Part shown: one piece after another, positions 1 through 12,229 of the stretch
Layout: every line of letters begins with the position of its first letter
Numbering within the stretch: position 1 is the stretch's first letter
Assembly: GCA_963920595.1 (NCBI GenBank)
Contig: OY986950.1
Coordinates: 1,550,001-1,614,000, forward strand
From: Eimeria praecox
Lineage: Eukaryota
Direction of reading: 5' to 3'
DNA length: 64,000 nt
Position numbers and translations under genes: made by a program
The notes under the pieces: generated by a model
The model's input: only the letters and a program-made list of their open reading frames with translations
What the model was told of the DNA's origin: nothing
Databases searched by the model: none

Positions 1-329
1 TAGGTGGGACTGGCCAAACATCGGATCAGAAAGTTCGTTTGTGCCCTTTATGCTGAGATGTGCTGCGTGAGTTGTTTAAAGGGTGCCGTAGGCAGCTGAT
101 AATAGCTGCAGGTGGTAGCTACGTGCAGGCTGGAATATGCACTGTTCAGTGTTTCGGGTTTATCGGGTTTATTTTGGGTAGGCTGCACTTAGGGCTTTGG
201 CTTTGCATGCAGGATGAAAACTTTCAACTGTGCGCTCCGTGAAGTGGTAGATGCAGCAGAGCTGCGGGATGCGGTAATTAGTTGGAGATGCATGTATGCA
301 TCGCTGCACAGTGGTTCGTCTAAAACGGG

Positions 330-1350
330 GAATGTTGCGCACGGCGAGGGTTGTGTCTCTGCGGTTTCGCAGGAAGTAGGTTTCGGCGCTTAAAGCATGA
401 GAAGCCTGCATTGGCTGAGCATATGCAATGACAGTACTGATTTGGCCTTTCAGCGTGTGCATTGTCTTCCGTTGAAGTAGCCGCTACTGCCTTGAGGATC
501 ACAGCTGGCACTTAGCATACTATTCTGCAGAGGGTTTGCTCTTCCTTGCATTAATGGGTGCGGAATGGTGCGAACTCGGGCATCATCGTCAATCATAGGC
601 CATCAAGCTGCCAATGTCTTTGCTGGAACTAGGATTATGGAGAGGACACGCATGTGGGAACCCTCATGACGAGTAGGATCGAGCTGGTTCAGTTGCAGTT
701 GATCGGTTTGCATGGCAAAACCCTGTTCACACGAGCAGTTGGTGCGTTTCTGCACTGTGGAAGAGGCTACGCATTTGCATTACAGCATTACGGCTGCCAC
801 AGGAGCCATGTAGGAAAGTGCTGAGTAGCCGTCCCGTGCATCTATCCCCGGATTGAGGCGGGGTTGCAACTAGAAGGAGCATGCAGAACGAGCTGCTCTT
901 GTTGAAGCTTTTGCGCCATGTGGGATGGCTCGGTGGGGAAGGCGACTTGGGTGTCGTGGAGTTGAGTGCTTGGTCAACCTCCAATTTGTCCGCCTGTTCC
1001 CCAGATAGGTATGGTGGTGGCGTCTGATGCTTGCCTGCAGGAAGTGCGTCCTTTCTGTAGTAGTGTGCGCGTGCGCTGACATTGTGGACACCATATATGG
1101 GGTTTAGTCTATGTGAGAACTCTCAGTATTGATATGGGGCGACAATTGTGGGGGAGCCCCTGAGGGAGGTGAGGGCGTGGATAAATTGTGCCTTGAGCGC
1201 ATCCAGGCACGCATGTGGTGCAGTGCTTATGCCTTTAAGCTGATACTGGACAGCTCATTACATGGTGTTTTTTACAAAGCTGTTTTGTTTCGACGGCAGC
1301 AGTATAACAGGGGATACGATTAATGGAGGCGAATGGACACTACAGGAAGT
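330..1350 (+). pseudogene. Decayed Ty3/Gypsy integrase plus GPY/F-region remnant (3' part of the pol relic in the tandem unit)
   Basis: Colinear motifs across frameshifts: WLSICNDSTDLAFQRVHCLPLK (412; ~WPxMxxDVxxYVxxCxxCQxxK), HSWHLAYYSAEGL (500; ~PWxxISMDFIEGL), NGANSGIIVNHRPS (564; ~GxDSILVVVDRxSK), ELVQLQLIGLHG (681; ~ELFxxHIVRLHG), SALWKRL (749), AYAFKLILDSSLHGVFY (~1225; ~AYRLxLPxxxxLHxVFH). Aligned by eye to recalled consensus. Confidence 0.6.
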
Positions 1351-1399
1351 GAGTGTTGAGATGACAACATCTGCAGGGTCTACCGGCTTGCGGAAGAAC

Positions 1400-1850
1400 G
1401 AGGGAGCGAGGAGGGCAGATAGCCAAGCCGCCGTTATATGAGATATCGCTTGCCGCAGGTTGCTGTTTGAGATTCTGCAGTGGCGTCTACAAGCCTTTCG
1501 AAGCTGCTTGCGATGGAGCTCGAGAGGAGGCTTGTGAGGTCTTGCTCTCGCAACAGCAAGTGTGTTTCTGCTTTAGCCTTGGCATTAAATTGCGAAATCC
1601 TGGGTTTTGTCCGGTTGTATAATGCTGGACTCATTGACAAGACGCCAGCGCACTTGTGTTTCGTGGAGGGCAGGAAATAATAGTTACGGAGAGGGAAAGC
1701 GTGATATTGGATTTACGTTCGTGGGGCTGATTCGCAGTAGCGTTCGTTTTAAGCGACTGGTAACCTGGTCGTGGTTCCAGAACGTAAGTCAGAATTCAGT
1801 CACTTGCCACCGAAGAAGCGTGATGAGATTTCTTAGCAGCCGCTGTATTC
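1400..1850 (-). pseudogene. Probable oppositely oriented integrase-core remnant inside the tandem unit (second copy about 6063-6513)
   Basis: ORF 1434..1640 contains AKAETHLL...SFERLV...KRYLI, loosely like LSKxAHF...DRLI...DRDPRF. Upstream minus-strand text gives KCAGVLSMS (~WxxISMD). Weak. Confidence 0.35.
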
Positions 1851-2789
1851 GCGCTTGCTATCCACATTCGGGAATCAATTAGCTACCTAACGAGTGCGAA
1901 GGCGCCGCTGGATAGATCATATATGCAGAACTGCAGCGGCGCATCACCTGTCCACTGCGTTAGTTGCCCATATTTGCCTGTTGCATGGTTGTCTCCATGT
2001 GCATTCTTGGCAGCAGGGCTTTAGTATGAGGTGAGGGGGGGGATGGGTTTCGTCGCCATTGCTTTTAGGTTTTCTGGGCATTGAGCGAAGGCAGCTGAAA
2101 AGATGTACACACCGCAGCGCGGCCTTGGTTGTAAGTTGGTGAGTGGGCGGTTTTGAAGTGTCAGACAGGTAGCAATACACTACCCCCAAGTACGTACCTT
2201 TTTCAGCATTCAGGAGGCACATTAGTGGACAGTGTGATGGGAGTCTTAGGACCGAGTTCAGCTGTAGCCTGGAACCAGCGATGTTGGTTTTTGCAAGGCC
2301 CAGAGGGGCCTGGGGGGTTTCTATTAGCAAACACTAGAGATTTTGCAGAGAAAACGAAGGTGTATCACTGGCTGCACTGCTGCAGAATAACGCAAACAAG
2401 TTCAAAGCGAGCGCTGCAGGCTGTGCGTCTTGACGGGCGTGTTGGTTGCGCGTTGCAGGGCGAGGCGGGTGCATAAGACCTGAGGGGAACACGGACAAAT
2501 TGCTGCGCTTTCCGTAAACTGTTTGCTAGTGGGCATTGCTTGAGGTTGTGGCGCGTGCTGTTTGGTAATGCGTGGTTAAGCGCTGCGAGTAGTTAGTAGC
2601 GCCAGAGGTTTGTTCAGAGTACTTGTGGCAGCGTCTGGGCACGTCTGGGCACGTTTGGCCACGAATATGAGTTGAGCATCGTTGAAAGCTGACCCCATGC
2701 CATGCATGCCAATTCGCCTACGGAACGTTGCAAAGCTAGGTTGCTTGCCTGAGGTTATCTTGTTCACCGTGGTTATTGCGGCTACAGTG

Positions 2790-5700
2790 TGTGCAGACTT
2801 CCCTACAAGAGGTATTGGAGAACATGCGTAGCTACATGGTTGTCAGGGTGCCAATGACCTGCGTCCTACGTTTCCTACATGCTCAACCTGGCAGTGGAGA
2901 AGCTATCGGGCTGGGTTGGACTGTGCTGTTTCGGAACAGGCGTGTGTCGAAGCGTAGGCAGCGCATCACCTGCGCAGAACAACCACACTGCGTGCCAAGA
3001 ACATAGGGATATCCGGCGGGGTTTGGTAGCAAACATGAGGACAGCTGGGAACGATGCACCGTTTCCAGTGCTGTCATCTGCTCAGGCCGTACGTTTGTAG
3101 AAGACAGTAAAGAGCTTGAGGACGGATGTGTTCGGGCTGGCGTAAGCAGGATCGTCGAGCACGAAGGTGTCAAGGATGCACCTTTGCATATCTGAAACGA
3201 TATGAGCCGCAGCAAGTGAGCATCATCGATGCGTTCGTGGGCACCGTAGGGTGTCTACAGGATGACACAACACATGCATGCAAGGAGGAGTTAATTAGAA
3301 CATGATGTGGGAGGTGATGCTTGGTTGGCTGTTCTGCCTGTGATGGGACGTAGCTGGGTTGCAGTGGTGTTGCAGCGAATCTTAGTATGGCTAGAGTTTG
3401 TATCTGGCAGTCTTTGCCGCGTGTTCAAGAATATCCAGGCCGCTCTATAGGGAGATTGTGGCTCCTCGGAGACAAGAAGAAATGCGTGACTGGTGGTTGG
3501 TTGGGTCTCATATATTGACGATACCGTTCTGGCTGTGTGGCGGGAGTGGAACGTTTGCATTTCTCAGTGCCATCGCTCACAACAAGGCGTACGTAGGGCT
3601 AGCATATTTCTATGTTGGCGTTGCTACACGCCTTGGGTTTACTACGGTAGCTCACGGAGTGCTTTGCGATGGCATTGCTGCTCTGGTTCTGCGTGCAGAA
3701 CGTACGTTGGCACCGCGTTGCGTTGCGCATGCTTGTGCCTCCCAAGGTGACGGACGGTGTGAAGGGTGCTTAGAAGGAGTTAGGACCTTTTCCTGGCGCA
3801 GACACTGTGAATCGGGAACTCGCAGCATTGCTTCGTTTTGCGTCTATACCTAATTTTCAGACTTTGGCAAGAACCTGACATATCGTGGGGTGGCTGTGAA
3901 GGGAGTGGCTGAGGAAAGAAGAGGCGCGGTGATTGCTACGCCTCGATTAAAACTTTTCTATCCTACATGCAGAGAGTGAGGCTTAACCATGGGCTGCTGC
4001 GCAGATGCGGTTGCCTTCTAGGGTCTCTTGGATGGCGCTAATTGTTGGTGTTTGGGCCTGTTGCCTTGCTTCACATGCTTTGGGGGGGGGGCGCAGCGTG
4101 CTTGTGCTGCTCCATTCAGACCAGTGCACTAAGCATAAGTGTACGCCTAGAGTGAAATAGCTTAACCTGAGGTGCACTTGGAGTTATGGGTGAGCCACAT
4201 TGAATAGGTAGTTAGGCATACGCAAACAGCTCTTTCCTGTGTGAGCTTGGCGCCAGCAGGGGTTCCGAAGAGATTATCAAGACAAGCAGCGGGTAGCCGA
4301 ACACAAGCGAACAACACGACGGCACGATCGCGATGCAAGCGAAGAAGTGAATAAAGAGGTGACCTCATGAGGCTGGCTTTGGTTTCATGCGTAACGGGTC
4401 GTGACCGCATAACACTGCCGCTGCTACGGTTATGCTCCCTCAAGACGCGTTTGCTTCACCTAAAAAGGCTGTATGTTATTTCCCCCAGTGTGAGGACTTG
4501 AAGCACGAATGAAAGGTTGTGCCTTGCTTCCGTATGCGTGTGCGGAGAGTGGGGCGTTGAGGCAAGAGTAAGTGCTGTCTCCTTCTTGTACGGAGATGCG
4601 GCGTCCTGCAGCATGATGCAGCTCCTTAGTGGGTGGGGGGCGCGTTTCACTATCCTGCAGAGCTAGGTGGGACTGGCCAAACATCGGATCAGAAAGTTCG
4701 TTTGTGCCCTTTATGCTGAGATGTGCTGCGTGAGTTGTTTAAAGGGTGCCGTAGGCAGCTGATAATAGCTGCAGGTGGTAGCTACGTGCAGGCTGGAATA
4801 TGCACTGTTCAGTGTTTCGGGTTTATCGGGTTTATTTTGGGTAGGCTGCACTTAGGGCTTTGGCTTTGCATGCAGGATGAAAACTTTCAACTGTGCGCTC
4901 CGTGAAGTGGTAGGTGCAGCAGAGCTTCGGGATGCGGTAATTAGTTGGAGATGCATGTATGCATCGCTGCACAGTGGTTCGTCTAAAACGGGGAATGTTG
5001 CGCACGGCGAGGGTTGTGTCTCTGCGGTTTCGCAGGAAGTAGGTTTCGGCGCTTAAAGCATGAGAAGCCTGCATTGGCTGAGCATATGCAATGACAGTAC
5101 TGATTTGGCCTTTCAGCGTGTGCATTGTCTTCCGTTGAAGTAGCCGCTACTGCCTTGAGGATCACAGCTGGCACTTAGCATACTATTCTGCAGAGGGTTT
5201 GCTCTTCCTTGCATTAATGGGTGCGGAATGGTGCGAACTCGGGCATCATCGTCAATCATAGGCCATCAAGCTGCCAATGTCTTTGCTGGAACTAGGATTA
5301 TGGAGAGGACACGCATGTGGGAACCCTCATGACGAGTAGGATCGAGCTGGTTCAGTTGCAGTTGATCGGTTTGCATGGCAAAACCCTGTTCACACGAGCA
5401 GTTGGTGCGTTTCTGCACTGTGGAAGAGGCTACGCATTTGCATTACAGCATTACGGCTGCCACAGGAGCCATGTAGGAAAGTGCTGAGTAGTCGTCCCGT
5501 GCATCTATCCGCGGATTGAGGCGGGGTTGCAACTAGAAGGAGCATGCAGAACGAGCTGCTCTTGTTGAAGCTTTTGCGCCATGTGGGATGGCTCGGTGGG
5601 GAAGGCGACTTGGGTGTCGTGGAGTTGAGTGCTTGGTCAACCTCCAATTTGTCCGCCTGTTCCCCAGATAGGTATGGTGGTGGCGTCTGATGCTTGCCTG

Positions 5701-6015
5701 CAGGAAGTGCGTCCTTTCTGTAGTAGTGTGCGCGTGCGCTGACATTGTGGACACCATATATGGGGTTTAGTCTATGTGAGAACTCTCAGTATTGATATGG
5801 GGCGACAATTGTGGGGGAGCCCCTGAGGGAGGTGAGGGCGTGGATAAATTGTGCCTTGAGCGCATCCAGGCACGCATGTGGTGCAGTGCTTATGCCTTTA
5901 AGCTGATACTGGACAGCTCATTACATGGTGTTTTTTACAAAGCTGTTTTGTTTCGAGGGCAGCAGTATAACAGGGGATGCGATGAATGGAAGCGAATGGA
6001 CACTGCAGAAAGTGA
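2790..6015 (+). mobile_element. Decayed Ty3/Gypsy pol relic in the order RT - RNase H - integrase - GPY/F; chromodomain cut off by the tandem junction
   Basis: RT-like: SASPA...QEHRDIRR...ANMRTAGNDAPFPVL (ORF 2879..3100; ~ASP..KKDGSxR...LNxxTVKNxYPLP), RYEPQQV (~3198), KNIQAAL then APRRQEEMR/WLGLIY*RYR (3428-3525; ~KIQAV.DWPxPxxxKExRSFLGLxxYYRRF). RNase H-like: FTTVAHGVLCDGIAALVL (~3638) and NRELAAL (3810; ~RELLAI). Integrase motifs as at 330-1350, shifted +4663. This domain order is the established Ty3/Gypsy order. Confidence 0.6.
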
Positions 6016-7452
6016 GTGTTGAGATGCCAACATCTGCAGGGTCTACCGGCTTGCGGAAGAACGAGGGAGCGAGGAGGGCAGATAGCCAAGCCGCCGTTAT
6101 ATGAGATATCGCTTGCCGCAGGTTGCTGTTTGAGATTCTGCAGTGGCGTCTACAAGCCTTTCGAAGCTGCTTGCGATGGAGCTCGAGAGGAGGCTTGTGA
6201 GGTCTTGCTCTCGCAACAGCAAGTGTGTTTCTGCTTTAGCCTTGGCATTAAATTGCGAAATCCTGGGTTTTGTCCGGTTGTATAATGCTGGACTCATTGG
6301 CAAGACGCCAGCGCACTTGTGTTTCGTGGAGGGCAGGAAATAATAGTTACGGAGAGGGAAAGCGTGATATTGGATTTACGTTCGTGGGGCTGATTCGCAG
6401 TAGCGTTCGTTTTAAGCGACTGGTAACCTGGTCGTGGTTCCAGAACGTAAGTCAGAATTCAGTCACTTGCCACCGAAGAAGCGTGATGAGATTTCTTAGC
6501 AGCCGCTGTATTCGCGCTTGCTGTCCACATTCTGGAATCAATTAGCTACCTAACGAGTACGAAGGCGCCCCTGGATAGATCACATATGCAGAACTGTAGC
6601 GGCGCATCACCTGTCCACTGCATTAGTTGCCCATATTTGCCTGTTGCATGGTTGTCTCCATGTGCATTCTTGGCAGCAGGGCTTTAATATGGGGCGTGGA
6701 GGGGGATGGGTTTCGTCGCCATTGCTTTTAGGTTTTCTGGGCATTGAGCGAAGGCAGCTGAAAAGATGTACACACCGCAGCGCGGCCTTGGTTGTAAGTT
6801 GGTGAGTGGGCGGTTTTGAAGTGTCAGACAGGTAGCAGTACACTACCCCCAAGTACGTACCTTTTTCAGCATTCAGGAGGCATATTAGCGGACAGTGTGA
6901 TGGGAGTCTGAGGACCGAGTTCAGCTGTAGCCTGGAACCAGCGATGTTGGTTTTTGCAAGGCCTAGAGGGGCCTGGGGGGTTTCTATTAGCAAACACTAG
7001 AGATTTTGCAGAGAAAACGAAGGTGTATCACTGGCTGCACTGCTGCAGAATAACGCAAACAAGTTCAAAGCGAGCGCTGCAGGCTGTGCGTCTTGACGGG
7101 CGTGTTGGTTGCGCGTTGCAGGGCGAGGCGGGTGCATAAGACCTGAGGGGAACACGGACAAATTGCTGCGCTTTCCGTAAACTGTTTGCTAGTGGGCATT
7201 GATTGAGGTTGTGGCGCGTGCTGTTTGGTAATGCGTGGTTAAGCGCTGCGAGTAGTTAGTAGCGCCAGAGGTTTGTTCAGAGTACTTGTGGTAGCGTCTG
7301 GGCACGTCTGGGCACGTTTGGCCACGAATGTGAGTTGAGCATCGTTGAAACCTGACCCCATGCCATGCATGCCAATTCGCCTACGGAACGTTGCAAAGCT
7401 AGGTTGCTTGCCTGAGGTTATCTTGTTCACCGTGGTTATTGCGGCTACAGTG

Positions 7453-10400
7453 TGTGCAGACTTCCCTACAAGAGGTATTGGAGAACATGCGTAGCTACAT
7501 GGTTGTCAGGGTGCCAATGACCTGCGTCCTACGTTTCCTACGTGCTCAACCTGGCAGTGGAGAAGCTATCGGGCTGGGTTGGACTGTGCTGTTTCGGAAC
7601 AGGCGTGTGTCGAAGCGTAGGCAGCGCATCACCTGCGCAGAACAACCACACTGCGTGCCAAGAACATAGGGATATCCGGCGGGGTTTGGTAGCACAATGA
7701 GGACAGCTGGGAACGATGCACCGTTTCCAGTGCTGTCATCTGCTCAGGCCGTACGTTTGTAGAAGACAGTAAAGAGCTTGAGGACGGATGTGTTCGGGCT
7801 GGCGTAAGCAGGATCGTCGAGCACGAAGGTGTCAAGGATGCACCTTTGCATATCTGAAACGATATGAGCCGCAGCAAGTGAGCATCATCGATGCGTTCGT
7901 GGGCACCGTAGGGTGTCTACAGGATGACACAACACATGCATGCAAGGAGGAGTTAATTAGAACATGATGTGGGAGGTGATGCTTGGTTGGCTGTTCTGCC
8001 TGTGATGGGACGTAGCTGGGTTGCAGTGGTGTTGCAGCGAATCTTAGTATGGCTAGAGTTTGTATCTGGCAGTCTTTGCCGCGTGTTCAAGAATATCCAG
8101 GCCGCTCTATAGGGAGATTGTGGCTCCTCGGAGACAAGAAGAAATGCGTGACTGGTGGTTGGTTGGGTCTCATATATTGACGATACCGTTCTGGCTGTGT
8201 GGCGGGAGTGGAACGTTTGCATTTCTCAGTGCCATCGCTCACAACAAGGCGTACGTAGGGCTAGCATATTTCTATGTTGGCGTTGCTACACGCCTTGGGT
8301 TTACTACGGTAGCTCACGGAGTGCTTTGCGATGGCATTGCTGCTCTGGTTCTGCGTGCAGAACGTACGTTGGCACCGCGTTGCGTTGCGCATGCTTGTGC
8401 CTCCCAAGGTGACGGACGGTGTGAAGGGTGCTTAGAAGGAGTTAGGACCTTTTCCTGGCGCAGACACTGTGAATCGGGAACTCGCAGCATTGCTTCGTTT
8501 TGCGTCTATACCTAATTTTCAGACTTTGGCAAGAACCTGACATATCGTGGGGTGGCTGTGAAGGGAGTGGCTGAGGAAAGAAGAGGCGCGGTGATTGCTA
8601 CGCCTCGATTAAAACTTTTCTATCCTACATGCAGAGAGTGAGGCTTAACCATGGGCTGCTGCGCAGATGCGGTTGCCTTCTAGGGTCTCTTGGATGGCGC
8701 TAATTGTTGGTGTTTGGGCCTGTTGCCTTGCTTCACATGCTTTGGGGGGGGGGCGCAGCGTGCTTGTGCTGCTCCATTCAGACCAGTGCACTAAGCATAA
8801 GTGTACGCCTAGAGTGAAATAGCTTAACCTGAGGTGCACTTGGAGTTATGGGTGAGCCACATTGAATAGGTAGTTAGGCATACGCAAACAGCTCTTTCCT
8901 GTGTGAGCTTGGCGCCAGCAGGGGTTCCGAAGAGATTATCAAGACAAGCAGCGGGTAGCCGAACACAAGCGAACAACACGACGGCACGATCGCGATGCAA
9001 GCGAAGAAGTGAATAAAGAGGTGACCTCATGAGGCTGGCTTTGGTTTCATGCGTAACGGGTCGTGACCGCATAACACTGCCGCTGCTACGGTTATGCTCC
9101 CTCAAGACGCGTTTTCTTCACCTAAAAAGGCTGTATGTTATTTCCCCCAGTGTGAGGACTTGAAGCACGAATGAAAGGTTGTGCCTTGCTTCCGTATGCG
9201 TGTGCGGAGAGTGGGGCGTTGAGGCAAGAGTAAGTGCTGTCTCCTTCTTGTACGGAGATGCGGCGTCCTGCAGCATGATGCAGCTCCTTAGTGGGTGGGG
9301 GGCGCGTTTCACTATCCTGCAGAGCTAGGTGGGACTGGCCAAACATCGGATCAGAAAGTTCGTTTGTGCCCTTTATGCTGAGATGTGCTGCGTGAGTTGT
9401 TTAAAGGGTGCCGTAGGCAGCTGATAATAGCTGCAGGTGGTAGCTACGTGCAGGCTGGAATATGCACTGTTCAGTGTTTCGGGTTTATCGGGTTTATTTT
9501 GGGTAGGCTGCACTTAGGGCTTTGGCTTTGCATGCAGGATGAAAACTTTCAACTGTGCGCTCCGTGAAGTGGTAGGTGCAGCAGAGCTTCGGGATGCGGT
9601 AATTAGTTGGAGATGTATGTATGCATCGCTGCACAGTGGTTCGTCTAAAACGGGGAATGTTGCGCACGGCGAGGGTTGTGTCTCTGCGGTTTCGCAGGAA
9701 GTAGGTTTCGGCGCTTAAAGCATGAGAAGCCTGCATTGGCTGAGCATATGCAATGACAGTACTGATTTGGCCTTTCAGCGTGTGCATTGTCTTCCGTTGA
9801 AGTAGCCGCTACTGCCTTGAGGATCACAGCTGGCACTTAGCATACTATTCTGCAGAGGGTTTGCTCTTCCTTGCATTAATGGGTGCGGAATGGTGCGAAC
9901 TCGGGCATCATCGTCAATCATAGGCCATCAAGCTGCCAATGTCTTTGCTGGAACTAGGATTATGGAGAGGACACGCATGTGGGAACCCTCATGACGAGTA
10001 GGATCGAGCTGGTTCAGTTGCAGTTGATTGGTTTGCATGGCAAAACCCTGTTCACACGAGCAGTTGGTGCGTTTCTGCACTGTGGAAGAGGCTACGCATT
10101 TGCATTACAGCATTACGGCTGCCACAGGAGCCATGTAGGAAAGTGCTGAGTAGTCGTCCCGTGCATCTATCCGCGGATTGAGGCGGGGTTGCAACTAGAA
10201 GGAGCATGCAGAACGAGCTGCTCTTGTTGAAGCTTTTGCGCCATGTGGGATGGCTCGGTGGGGAAGGCGACTTGGGTGTCGTGGAGTTGAGTGCTTGGTC
10301 AACCTCCAATTTGTCCGCCTGTTCCCCAGATAGGTATGGTGGTGGCGTCTGATGCTTGCCTGCAGGAAGTGCGTCCTTTCTGTAGTAGTGTGCGCGTGCG

Positions 10401-10760
10401 CTGACATTGTGGACACCATATATGGGGTTTAGTCTATGTGAGAACTCTCAGTATTGATATGGGGCGACAATTGTGGGGGAGCCCCTGAGGGAGGTGAGGG
10501 CGTGGATAAATTGTGCCTTGAGCGCTTCCAGGCACGCATGTGGTGCAGTGCTTATGCCTTTAAGCTGATACTGGACAGCTCATTACATGGTGTTTTTTAC
10601 AAGGCTGTTTTGTTTCGAAGGCAGCAGTATAACAGGGGATGCGATGAATGGAAGCAAATGGACACTGCAGGAAGTGCGTGTTGGGACATCCTCAGCTGGA
10701 GGGACTACACGTCTGCAGGGACCACGTCTGGGTGTGAAGAGGGGCCGCGTGCGTAGGGCA
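7453..10760 (+). mobile_element. Second copy of the decayed Ty3/Gypsy pol, continuing into a chromodomain-like remnant in the unique flank
   Basis: Near-identical to 2790-6015. ORF 10454..10756 runs in one frame from AYAFKLILDSSLHGVFY to ILSWRDYTSAGTTSGCEE (W at 10697; ~YLVxWKGYxxxxxTWEPEE). Confidence 0.55.
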
Positions 10761-10859
10761 GCCGTCGTAGAGCACTTGATATTTGCTGCTGCGGGCTAGA
10801 AGCATATTATTTGAGGGGTCGAAACAAGCTTTGTCCTTCCTGCTTTAGACTAGACGCGT

Positions 10860-11920
10860 GCAATGTGGGAGGCACGACCCAAAGGCAGTGTATGGCAGAG
10901 CGTATGTGTAGAAAGTGCCCAGAAACGATGCTGCTGCAGCGGAGGGGATGAAAGGAGGCACCGTTCTACCCAGGCAATTTAGACTACTCAGATTACGGTA
11001 GTAATGACTGTGCAGTTGCTTCTCGTGGGGCGTGGATGTTTCTACGCATTACAGCGGTCTTCGCCGTTGGCTACCCAACAACTGAAACCATAGCTGCTTC
11101 AATTTGGAAGGGAGCTGAGCTCAAACACAGACGGTCAGTGATTTCAACGGCGCGCCCGTCGCCGACATTCCAAGCCTATATAAGAGCAGCTGATGCCGCA
11201 ATGCCATATTTTTTTAACCTGGGGCCCTCTTCGATTCTCCATGGCCGCGACATAAATGTATTTACAGAATTCAGTGTAATGCAAAACTGATTCAACGGCA
11301 GGAGGTGAGCCCTGGCGACAAAACGTGTTTGGTTGCTCTTCTTACCGGGGTAGAAGAAGCATGCTCAAGTGGCAGATCGGTGCACTGCTCTTCTAACGTA
11401 ATAAAGCCAGTGGCGACACGCCTGTGCTAGCTAGCACTATCAGCAGTTCAGGTTATATTTGCTGCTGGCAATTACGGCGTCTATCTTGTAACTTCTGGGA
11501 AACTCCATGGGGCCAGAAGGTGAGCTTCATTACGACAGCTCCTCACAAGATAGCCAGAGTTCGAATCCCATCATGTATCGAAGAAAATGTTTACATGCAT
11601 GTTTCTGACATGGCTGACTTGCGAGGGCAAAAGGTCACTGACGCCCAGCCTTCATAGCCATCTTGAGCACAGGAAGTGGGTCTCCCCTTTCTCGATTGCG
11701 CGGGCTGCATACCTTGCCTATAAGAATTAGCTGTGGCCTTTGGAAATGTGGAATTCACCTTTAAGAACGTGCTTTGCAATATGCGTTGAAGTAGCGAGTG
11801 ATATACCTCTAACTCCATTTCCTGTTGATGAGGATGAATACCTGCATGGCAATGAAGGCGCAGGACTCCTCTGCGTTCGTTATAGGGGGCCACAGCAGCA
11901 TACAGCAATATGCATTGGGC
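10860..11920 (+). pseudogene. Decayed integrase - GPY/F - chromodomain module
   Basis: GYPT (~11069; ~HGFP), SNTDGQ (11121; ~PQTDGQ), TFQAYIRAAD (~LRTYIQAD), ARVRIPSCIEENVYMHVSDM (ORF 11424..11657; ~AYRLxLP...VFHVSxL), PVDEDEYL...LLCVRYRG (ORF 11740..12066; ~EEYEV...YLVxWRG). Confidence 0.55.
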
Positions 11921-12229
11921 CTGGCCCTGGCAGAGTTTCTGGATTGCACCTGGTGGACAGATGGTGCGTCCATGGGTTGCCGCTCACTAGCCTAGGTGGC
12001 GTGGCTGTCCCGTCGTGGGCCATTGACATTGATGAATATTCTACCGGCAAAGGGCTCACAGTCTAAGGAGGGTGGCGCTCAGGCCGTCTGAATATGGTAG
12101 CATTAGCACGCTTAGGGACCGGGTCAAATAATGAACTGCGCTCCTGCTATTGCAGTGGGTTGCCACAGCTTGCGTTTGGTTTTCTTTCCATCTCCTTGCT
12201 CCTGCTTGTACGCGCCTGTCACCTGATCG

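Larger units (their letters stand above)
1..10685. repeat. Tandem duplication with a 4663/4662-bp period, about 2.3 near-identical copies visible; runs off the left edge
   Basis: taggtgggactggccaaacatcgg occurs at 1, 4664 and 9326. ORFs recur at +4663 (60->4723) and +4662 (4723->9385). Similarity ends near 10685, where copy 3 reads gtgttgggacatcc instead of gtgttgagatg(a/c)caac. Confidence 0.98.

Noticed and set aside
2632..2658. 10-bp tandem cgtctgggca x~2.5
   Set aside because: Trivial slippage duplication with no sign of function.
3511..3522. YIDD in ORF 3493..3750 (also about 8173) as the RT catalytic YxDD
   Set aside because: It lies about 100 codons after the YE...(PFGL)-equivalent region rather than about 35. 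The overlapping frames match the later ExRSFLGLxxYYRRF motif, so it is probably coincidental.
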